NCBI GenBank assembly: GCA_001661245.1
Contig: KV454013.1
Coordinates: 1,148,502-1,212,501, forward strand
Direction: 5' to 3'
From: Pachysolen tannophilus NRRL Y-2460
Lineage: Eukaryota
DNA length: 64,000 nt
This document shows positions 55,956 through 64,000 of this stretch, piece by piece; the stretch's first letter is position 1; each line of letters starts with the position of its first letter. The translations under genes and the position numbers were made by a program. The notes under the pieces are model-generated. The model saw nothing but the letters and a program-made list of their open reading frames with translations. It made no database searches and was not told the origin of the DNA.

Positions 55956-57872
55956 ATGAGTCAAGGGATTCAGATTCAAAAAGAATTAGATTTATTTGTC
56001 AATAGTCTAGCTTCCAAAGCAATTGCTACTCCTAAACAAACTTTATCTAATTTAAGTTATTTTTACCCATTGATTAAAAACCAAAGAAATGTTGAATTGT
56101 TAACTTTTACATTTATCAAATATTGTTCAGTTTTTTTCAATGATAATAAGTTGATCAATTCAAAAGTTAACTATTCGGTATTGGAATGTTTCAATTATAT
56201 AGTGATTTCAAAATTTAGGATATCACAACCTCATTTATCATTTAAAGATTTTTATAAAGGACTACAAGCTGGTATATTAAATTACATTAATTCTGATCGT
56301 GGCGGTGGTAATTACCATTGGAAACTATTGCCTGTCTTATCAGGAATTTTATTATCAATTGATCAGAGGGACAATTTTTTCAATAATATAGCCATTGAAA
56401 GAGATATTTTAAAGACCGATACTTATTTTATCAACCTTTTCCAAACTTGTATACTCAAAACTTTAAATGATCCAAGTTGTCTACAAAATTTTGAAATCTT
56501 ATCATTGAGTTTAATTTGTCTTTCAATTTCATTATCACATATAAGACTGAATGTTAATTTACCCTTTGATCATTTTGAAAATTTCTTGGTTGATTTAGTT
56601 TTTGAAAACGGTATTGTAAATGGATTGTTGAAGAACAAACAAGATGATGATCCAATATTGAAAAATTTAAGCAACTTGGCTTTACTCATTGAATATTGTT
56701 TTGAAAAAAATAAAAATTTTAATGATATCGATTTAACCTTGAATAAGATCACATCAGTGACTAATAATATAAATTCAGTTTATAAATCTGATAAACCAAC
56801 TAATTATCAATTCTTGAAGAAAATAGTTTTCACAGTTGTGATAATTTTCCAATCAATAATCAATATTTTCAGCCATAAACATAAATTTCTTCAAATCCAA
56901 TTCTCCAGGAAATTTTTAATAAATTTATATAATTTAAATTTTGTTATTGATGAGATAGGAACGGGTGGGTTCAGCTCTTATAATTTTATTTATCACCATT
57001 CAATAGGATACTTGATTTCTAATGATTTGAATACTGCAGAAATCATTTGCAAAACGCTATTGAGTGGCATTAATTTCAACGCATTAAATGATAATCATGT
57101 GGAGTTAGAAAATTTGAAATTTTTATTGATATATATGGAAAACATTGTGGGATCATGTTCAGATGAACTAAGATTAGATTTGATCTTACCATTTGTGTTT
57201 GATTTAATCAACAATTCTAGAAATTTTTTCAGAATGCAAACCGAAAATGATTTGATTATCTATAAACCCATACTGGAAGGTTCTCATTCAGTATTCTTGA
57301 AATTTTTAGGAATTTTAAATTCTAACAACAATAACTTCAACATAGATGCTAATTTGAATTATATTCGTTTGAATATTTTGGGTTATTTCGATCAATTATT
57401 AAGGCAGTTTCCAAAAATTTTGTCCTTAGATCAATTCATTACTTCTTTGACAAAATTATCGACTTTATTGATGGATGAGATGAATTCAGTAATTTATTTC
57501 CAAAATCCCGGTTACTATAAGATATTCATAAACACTTTATTTGATAAATGTATTTCATACGATGATAATGAATTTTTATCAACACCTGATAATAACATTC
57601 CTCAGTTGAAGACTACAAAATCAGCATTAATATTTTCATTTATAAATATCATACCTTTTATCCCAACATCAGACTTTTTATACTATCTAAAAATCACTCT
57701 GAATAATGTTTTATCAAGTTTGAAAAGCAAAGATGAAAGAATATTTTTAACAAACTCGATGTTTGATGCAATTCTAGATGTCAATAAGATAGATTCTCAG
57801 AAGGAAAATTTGGGTATTCAGTGGTGGTACTCAAATATTAATAATGATAACAATGAAATAGCAAAATTATAG
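55956..57872 (+). CDS. PEX8: Peroxin Pex8
   Basis: Ends in PTS1 AKL preceded by GIQWWY; IGTGGF.SYNF and FP..LS..QF segments typical of fungal Pex8. Confidence 0.75.
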   Translation: MSQGIQIQKELDLFVNSLASKAIATPKQTLSNLSYFYPLIKNQRNVELLTFTFIKYCSVFFNDNKLINSKVNYSVLECFNYIVISKFRISQPHLSFKDFYKGLQAGILNYINSDRGGGNYHWKLLPVLSGILLSIDQRDNFFNNIAIERDILKTDTYFINLFQTCILKTLNDPSCLQNFEILSLSLICLSISLSHIRLNVNLPFDHFENFLVDLVFENGIVNGLLKNKQDDDPILKNLSNLALLIEYCFEKNKNFNDIDLTLNKITSVTNNINSVYKSDKPTNYQFLKKIVFTVVIIFQSIINIFSHKHKFLQIQFSRKFLINLYNLNFVIDEIGTGGFSSYNFIYHHSIGYLISNDLNTAEIICKTLLSGINFNALNDNHVELENLKFLLIYMENIVGSCSDELRLDLILPFVFDLINNSRNFFRMQTENDLIIYKPILEGSHSVFLKFLGILNSNNNNFNIDANLNYIRLNILGYFDQLLRQFPKILSLDQFITSLTKLSTLLMDEMNSVIYFQNPGYYKIFINTLFDKCISYDDNEFLSTPDNNIPQLKTTKSALIFSFINIIPFIPTSDFLYYLKITLNNVLSSLKSKDERIFLTNSMFDAILDVNKIDSQKENLGIQWWYSNINNDNNEIAKL

Positions 57873-57933
57873 AATTATAAATAAAATCTAACTATCTGTA
57901 TACTATTATTAGCAAATTATTTTAATTTCCTAA

Positions 57934-59370
57934 CTAAACATCTGGCCTAAGGTTATCCCAAAAACTTTTAAAAATTAAACCATCTTTCATTACGAATAAC
58001 AAGTATTTCTCTGGTTCATCCAAAACTGTAACATCAACTAGAGGATTACTGTCTAATAATATCATATCTGCAATGTAGCCTTGCTTGATCTGTCCAATCT
58101 TATCACCCCATCCCATCATTTCAGCAGGAGTTACCGTAGCAGACTTTAAGATTTCACCTGGATTTAAAACTTTAGCTCTTAAGAAAAATTCTCCTGTTTG
58201 ATACCCAACTAATGAGCCCAAGAGATCTGATCCATAACAAATTTTGACTCCATTTTTTTTAGCAGTTAGTAAGGATTGTAAACCTGCTTCCAAGACTTGA
58301 TAATTCTTCTCTCTTGAACCTTCTGTCAAGAATGATTTGAATTGATCTGAGGCCATAATCTTATAAGTAATCAAAGTAGGTGTTAGGTAACAATTTTTAG
58401 AGACCATTAGCTTTGCCGTTTCGTCGTCTAAGAAATTACCATGCTCAATACCTTTAACCCCATTTAAAATGCAGTGCTTCATAGCAGCAGGTGAATACGC
58501 GTGAGCAGTGACAAAAGTCCCATAAGATTCAGCAACCTTAACTATACTTTGAATCTCTTCTTCTATGAACTGTGTGTTTGTCAATTTATCAGTGGGAGAT
58601 GCAACCCCACCACTACCCATAATCTTAATAAAATCCGCACCCATTCTTAGTTGTTCTCTAGTAGCTTTCAAACAATCTGGAACACCATCTACAACTGTTC
58701 CCAATAAGTTCAAATGGCATAAGCAACTTTCGTACAGTTGTCCTGGTAGGTCAGCAGGTCTAAAATCACCATGACCACCTGTTTGAGAAATCGCATTACC
58801 TGCCCTAAATAATCTTGGACCATGTATTATACCCTTATCAATTGCATCTTTAACATAAAATCCTGCACCGGCACAGTCACGAACAGTGGTGAATCCTCTC
58901 GATAACATTGCCTCAGCATTATGGCCAATTCTCAAAAGTGCAATGTCTTTTGGCATCGTGTTTAACTTTGTCAAGTCAGGCTCTCCTTGAACTGAAGTAA
59001 TATGGACATGAGCATCAAATAAACCAGGACACAAAAACTTACCCGAGCAGTCGACAACGGTACAATCATCAGAGTTCACCGTTGAAGAAGTGGGTTGACG
59101 ATGTAAATCATCATCCACCATAAGATAATCTTGAGAAAGACTGGTCGCAGTACCAGTTGTTAAAACTTCAGCAATGACACCATTTTCTGTTACAACATCC
59201 ACATTTGAAATAACTGCTTCATTCACTGTATCAATTACCGACACATTTTTGAAAATAAATTTCTTAGCTCCTGGCAACTTCCAAGGATTGATCAATTTTT
59301 CGTAGTCTTTATTGACCCTTTCATTGGTATCAATAGGAGGAACATTAGAAAAACAGTTTGAACAAGTCAT
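57934..59370 (-). CDS. Metal-dependent amidohydrolase (Xaa-Pro dipeptidase/ochratoxinase-like subgroup)
   Basis: [49 protein letters not shown]; likely ATG at 59370. Confidence 0.88.
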   Translation of the reverse strand: MTCSNCFSNVPPIDTNERVNKDYEKLINPWKLPGAKKFIFKNVSVIDTVNEAVISNVDVVTENGVIAEVLTTGTATSLSQDYLMVDDDLHRQPTSSTVNSDDCTVVDCSGKFLCPGLFDAHVHITSVQGEPDLTKLNTMPKDIALLRIGHNAEAMLSRGFTTVRDCAGAGFYVKDAIDKGIIHGPRLFRAGNAISQTGGHGDFRPADLPGQLYESCLCHLNLLGTVVDGVPDCLKATREQLRMGADFIKIMGSGGVASPTDKLTNTQFIEEEIQSIVKVAESYGTFVTAHAYSPAAMKHCILNGVKGIEHGNFLDDETAKLMVSKNCYLTPTLITYKIMASDQFKSFLTEGSREKNYQVLEAGLQSLLTAKKNGVKICYGSDLLGSLVGYQTGEFFLRAKVLNPGEILKSATVTPAEMMGWGDKIGQIKQGYIADMILLDSNPLVDVTVLDEPEKYLLFVMKDGLIFKSFWDNLRPDV

Positions 59371-59937
59371 GGCAATGGAATTCAATTTGAAATTCAATAT
59401 GAATTAAGAGTAGTAGCAATGGCCAAATTAAATAAACAATTAACCAATATTTGTTAGTTTGATATTGGGAATTTTTACCGACTTCATAACAGTTCTAAAT
59501 GATAAAACTAACTCTAACAGCGAAGAAGGACGTCGGATCAAGAAATTGGAGGCCCCGCTAAGATAATAGTTACGTCTTGAACTTTAGATCTCTTTTTCTT
59601 TATCTTATCTATTTCATTTTAGTCAAAAATATTAAGTTTTTTGGTGCGTTTCGTCGGCCTACCTTATGCATGTAATCTTCTTGATGTACATTCATATTCA
59701 GATATAACCGCTTCATCTTTATTATAGTGGCAACGGATGTTGTTAATAGGTTTCTCCGGCCTTGCTTCGGCTGTGGTTGCCAGTGTACTTTCTTAATAAT
59801 TGTTAATAACGGTATAACAAAAAAAAAAAAAAAAAGAATAGATATCTAGGAAGAGTATATAACTCTGTTTTGTACCTAATTTAAATCTGATTTTCTTTTT
59901 CTTTTTTTATTTTATTCAACTATTTACAGCTTACATT

Positions 59938-61497
59938 ATGAATATCGAAGAGACACTGAGTTTGAAAAATCTGAGCGATGAAGTTCAGGTCCTCCAAAAA
60001 CAGGCCGAAAATCAGGAATTTTCTTCGGAAAAATTGAAAAATACTGTTATTGTTGATTCAAAAGAAACTTTTGAATCTGATGATAATGGGCAAGAGTTAA
60101 ATTTTTTTGAGTATACACTGGAAGAAGAAAAGACAGTTTTGAGGAAAATTGATCGTTTTGTGCTTCCGGTTATGTGTTTTGTATTTTTTTCGCAGTATCT
60201 CGACAAGCAGGTCTTGGCTTATACTGTTGTATTTGGTTTAGAAACCGATTTAAACTTGGATGGTAACCAGTATTCTTGGCTTTCTTCTGCTTTTTATCTT
60301 GCCCAGTTAGCTTCTCAATTTGCTAATGGTTACTTATTATCCAAATTTCCTGTAAAATATGTTACAGCTTGTTCAATTATAATTTGGTCAGCTATTTGTA
60401 TGTGTTTAGCTGCTCCAAATGATTTTAAAGGTTTTGTAACAGTAAGAGCCTTTTTGGGATTTTTTGAAGGTGCTGTATCTCCAAGTTTTGTTATTATTAC
60501 TTCTGTTTACTACAAGAAAAAAGAACATGCTTTAAGGACTGCAACTTGGGTTTCTTGTAATGCCATTACACAAATCATTGGAACATTTCTTGTTTATGGT
60601 ATTGGTAAAAATTCACATATTAAACTTGCTGTATGGAAAGTTACATTTATTATATGTGGTTGTATTACTTTATTTTTTGGAATTTTATTTTTCATTGCTA
60701 TACCTTTTAATCCAGGAAATGCTTGGTTTTTAAATGAAAAAGAAAGGAAAATTGCTGTTGAAAGAATCTTGGCTGAATCTGATAGAGGTGAAAAAAAATC
60801 GTTTGATATGAATCAATTAAAAGAATGTTTAAATTTTGATTGGTTAACCATATCATCTTTTTTATTTGGATTCTTGGTAACTGTAACATCTGGCCCAATT
60901 TCTTTCTCATCATTAATCATTGAAAGTTTTGGATATGACAGTTTCAAGACTCTAGCATATGGTTCACCTTCAGGAGCAGTTCAATTATGTTTTATTTGGA
61001 TTGGTGTATTAATGACAACATTATTCCCAAAACATCGTACAATAATTGTACAAATCTTAATAATTGTCCCCATTATTGGGAACATTTTATTACTAGCATT
61101 ACCAGAATCTGATAGTTGGGGAGTAATTGTTGGATCATGGTTAGGTTGTTGCATAACTTCATTCATGTGTATCTTGTTAAGTTTAAACGCATCAAACGTT
61201 AGAGGAAACACAAAAAAATCTTTAGTCAACAACTCTTTTTTTGCAGGATACTGTCTTGCAGCAATAGTATACCCTCAATGGTGGAATTATACAAAAGACC
61301 CAAGATACAGAACAGGTTTAATTACAAACCTAGTCTTTTGGGGTATTCTTGAAGCCCTAATGGTTTTCTACAGATGGAAAGTCTTTCACGAAAATAAGAA
61401 AAGAGACGAATTGGAAGCAAAAGGACTAATACCAGACTACACAGGATGTACTGACCTAACCGATAAACAGGACTTATGCCATCGATACAGCTGTTGA
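59938..61497 (+). CDS. MFS permease, allantoate/dipeptide (Dal5) family
   Basis: LRKIDRFVLP, QYLDK, QYSWLSSAFY, RAFLGFFEG, AWFLNEKER, SNVRGNTKK, DLTDKQ. Confidence 0.9.
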   Translation: MNIEETLSLKNLSDEVQVLQKQAENQEFSSEKLKNTVIVDSKETFESDDNGQELNFFEYTLEEEKTVLRKIDRFVLPVMCFVFFSQYLDKQVLAYTVVFGLETDLNLDGNQYSWLSSAFYLAQLASQFANGYLLSKFPVKYVTACSIIIWSAICMCLAAPNDFKGFVTVRAFLGFFEGAVSPSFVIITSVYYKKKEHALRTATWVSCNAITQIIGTFLVYGIGKNSHIKLAVWKVTFIICGCITLFFGILFFIAIPFNPGNAWFLNEKERKIAVERILAESDRGEKKSFDMNQLKECLNFDWLTISSFLFGFLVTVTSGPISFSSLIIESFGYDSFKTLAYGSPSGAVQLCFIWIGVLMTTLFPKHRTIIVQILIIVPIIGNILLLALPESDSWGVIVGSWLGCCITSFMCILLSLNASNVRGNTKKSLVNNSFFAGYCLAAIVYPQWWNYTKDPRYRTGLITNLVFWGILEALMVFYRWKVFHENKKRDELEAKGLIPDYTGCTDLTDKQDLCHRYSC

Positions 61498-62016
61498 GTT
61501 TCAACAGAGCTAAAACTAAATACAGCCAGCCAGCCGCAGTCCAAATGTTTAACTTACATAAAAAGAGTAGTGTGCAGAAACACGCGATTGCCTATTCAGG
61601 AAACAACATGTGTCACAGAAAATTTTTTAATTTTTTAATTTTTTAATTTTTTCTTTTTTTCTTTTTTTTTCCCTCCTTTTAAATAGAAGAAAGGTATTAA
61701 TTCCATGTTTATTCTTTTTAATATATTTTTAAAATAACACTCTCTATAGTTGTTATAATTATTGTGATCTAGGGAGTTTTTCAATTAAAATTGTTTTTTT
61801 ATTGAATTTGTTTTCTATCATTGCCCCATGTTTTTTTTCCTGATGGCTTTATTAAGTACTAAGAAAGAGCCTCCATAACTTGAGAAAACAAGAAAAGAAA
61901 AAAAATTAAAAGAGAGAAAAGCAGAACAAAGAACAAACAAAGCACATAATATATATATTTGGATATATATATATATATATTTATATATTTATAGCGAGTT
62001 TGATTTTTAAGCAAAA

Positions 62017-64000
62017 ATGTCTCCACTGAATGATCGCAGAGATTCGCATATTTCCATTGCGTTGACGCATGATTCTATGAATTCTTCGCATTCGAATATG
62101 AGTGAAGACGAGAAGTTGAATGACCATAGACACCAAAGTTCGTCGTTGCCAATCAGAAGAGAAAGTGTTAATGATAATGGCGGTGGCGCTAACGTCGGCG
62201 GTGCGGGTGGTGCTAATGGCGGGATCGGCACTAGGGCTTTGAATTTCAAGCAGTTAAATTATGAAACAAGCAACGGCGGTAATAATAAGTCTGGTAGGAG
62301 AAATCATCTCATAGTTGAAAATAGTAGTGGTGGAAGTGAAGATGATGTGATTGATGAGGATAGTGATCTGGATACTGATTCGAGGAGTAAGAGTGAAAGA
62401 GGAAGAGCCATATCGTTTACTGATCATATTAGGTCAATAGTAAAGCCAAAAGACCTATCACCAAATGCAAAGAATAGTAACGGTAATTCCAACAACAACA
62501 ATTCCAACAACAACAGCAGCAACATCAATAATAACAATAATAGCAACAATAACAATAATACTAGTAATGGTAATAATAGTAATAATAATAATATCAATAA
62601 TAACAATAATGGTATCTTGTTAAATAGCGATCTCAGCAACAAGTTATCCAAACAACTTTCAAGAGGTTCAAATATGAATGCTGATAGTGATGCTGATTCT
62701 CATGCTTCAAGAGATTCACAGGAAACCGAAGAAGATGTTTGTTTCCCAATGATTCCGGATCATGTCAGAGTTAAAGGAATTGATTTTGGTGAAATTGAAG
62801 AATTTATTCAGGAGCAAAGAGAAGAAAATATTGTTTTCAAGCAAAGAGAAGAATATTTGAAAAGAAATATGGTTTACGATAGTGGTAGTTCCAAGTCTTT
62901 TAGTTCTACAGCTTTAAAATATACTCCAAAGTTGAAAAAACCTTCAATAATGTCGACAACTGCTGCTGACACTGGTAGAAAACCAGGATCAGTTAAATCA
63001 AGACAATCTTCAACTATATCTTATTCAAATAAGTTAAATGAAAAATATGGTTCAATCTTAGAAGATTCTGCAAAAATTCACGACGCTAGCAGTAGTAGCG
63101 AAGAAGGGGTTACATTTGCCAGAAATGAAAATATGTCAATACCTCCAGATCGGTTCAGCTTTTTCCATTCAGAAAGCGACGAAACTATACATGCTCCAGA
63201 TTTCCCATCTTTAGTAGATCCAGGACAATCTGTAAAAGATCTATTTATTAAAGACGAAGGTACTTGGTGGTTGGATTGTGTTTGTCCAACAGATGCAGAG
63301 ATGAAGATGTTGGCTAAAGCCTTTGGGATCCATCCATTGACAGCAGAAGATATTAGAATGCAAGAAACAAGAGAAAAAGTTGAATTATTTAAAAGTTATT
63401 ACTTTGTTTGTTTCCATACTTTTGAAACAGACAATGAAAGTGAAGATTTCTTGGAACCTATTAATGTTTATATAGTTGTCTTTAGAGATGGTGTATTGAC
63501 ATTTCATTTTTCGCCTATTTCACATCCTGCAAATGTGAGAAGACGTGTGAGACAATTGAGAGATTATGTTAATGTTTCTTCAGATTGGTTATGTTATGCT
63601 TTGATTGATGATATAACTGATGGATTTGCACCAGTAATTCAATCACTTGAATATGAAGCAGATGCAATAGAAGATAGTGTGTTTGTTGCCAGAGAGTTAG
63701 ATTTTGGTGCGATGTTAAGAAGAATTGGTGAATCCAGAAGAAAAGTCATGACGTTGATGAGATTATTATCTGGTAAAGCAGATGTTATTAAGATGTTTGC
63801 CAAAAGGTGTCAAGATGAAGTAGTAACTAATACAGGATATATCAAACCATCGTATGCTAATTTAGCTGGGTTACAAACTAATGAAAATGGCAATAGCAAT
63901 AGCAATAGCAATTTCAATGGTGGCGCTTTTTTCCCTCAAACGGGAAACGTTCAGCCGAGAGGTGACATTGCACTTTATTTGGGTGATATTCAGGATCATG
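62017..64000 (+). CDS. ALR1: CorA-family plasma-membrane Mg2+ transporter, 3' end runs off the window
   Basis: Read manually: SRDSQETEEDVCFPM, PDRFSFF, WWLDCVCPT, AFGIHPLTAEDI, DIALYLGDIQDH; poly-Asn tract at about 62480-62610. Confidence 0.93.
   Translation, partial: MSPLNDRRDSHISIALTHDSMNSSHSNMSEDEKLNDHRHQSSSLPIRRESVNDNGGGANVGGAGGANGGIGTRALNFKQLNYETSNGGNNKSGRRNHLIVENSSGGSEDDVIDEDSDLDTDSRSKSERGRAISFTDHIRSIVKPKDLSPNAKNSNGNSNNNNSNNNSSNINNNNNSNNNNNTSNGNNSNNNNINNNNNGILLNSDLSNKLSKQLSRGSNMNADSDADSHASRDSQETEEDVCFPMIPDHVRVKGIDFGEIEEFIQEQREENIVFKQREEYLKRNMVYDSGSSKSFSSTALKYTPKLKKPSIMSTTAADTGRKPGSVKSRQSSTISYSNKLNEKYGSILEDSAKIHDASSSSEEGVTFARNENMSIPPDRFSFFHSESDETIHAPDFPSLVDPGQSVKDLFIKDEGTWWLDCVCPTDAEMKMLAKAFGIHPLTAEDIRMQETREKVELFKSYYFVCFHTFETDNESEDFLEPINVYIVVFRDGVLTFHFSPISHPANVRRRVRQLRDYVNVSSDWLCYALIDDITDGFAPVIQSLEYEADAIEDSVFVARELDFGAMLRRIGESRRKVMTLMRLLSGKADVIKMFAKRCQDEVVTNTGYIKPSYANLAGLQTNENGNSNSNSNFNGGAFFPQTGNVQPRGDIALYLGDIQDH

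Noticed and set aside
62007..62651. Minus-strand Leu/Pro-rich ORFs
   Set aside because: Antisense shadows of the ALR1 poly-Asn/Gly N-terminus.
1..64000. tRNA, rRNA, snRNA genes, LTR/transposase sequences, CRISPR arrays
   Set aside because: None recognised by eye; small ncRNAs cannot be excluded without tRNAscan-SE or Infernal.

Overview
AT-rich budding-yeast (Saccharomycotina) chromosomal DNA with short spliceosomal introns. Conserved Ala positions are encoded by CTG, which points to the CUG-Ala clade (Pachysolen-like; species not proven), so the ORF-track translations misread CTG. Housekeeping genes (PUS4, TPK2, DBP10, HRP1, TRM11, RPS19, RPL18, PAC10, DSC2, PEX8, ALR1) frame a ~28 kb nitrogen-scavenging island (21-49 kb). 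The island holds a complete nitrate-assimilation cluster (YNI1, YNT1, YNR1, two paralogous Zn2Cys6 regulators) with a MOCS1A/MOCS1B molybdenum-cofactor locus attached. Highlights: (1) a four-gene cassette (Dal5/Tna1-family permease, FAD amine oxidase, Zn2Cys6 factor, 5-oxoprolinase-like) lies inside the nitrate cluster between 286-bp direct repeats of the YNI1 3' end, resembling a circle-integration scar and a possible uncharacterised lactam/Amadori-compound catabolic unit; (2) the MOCS1A stop codon overlaps two candidate splice donors 4 nt apart, predicted to give either MoaA ending Gly-Gly or an in-frame MoaA-MoaC fusion; (3) readable regulatory motifs (paired Mac1 sites, Mcm1/Homol-D, PAC/RRPE, GATA plus CGG motifs); (4) two genes broken by one-base-short poly-A runs, probably assembly errors. 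All calls come from reading motifs by eye; no searches were run.
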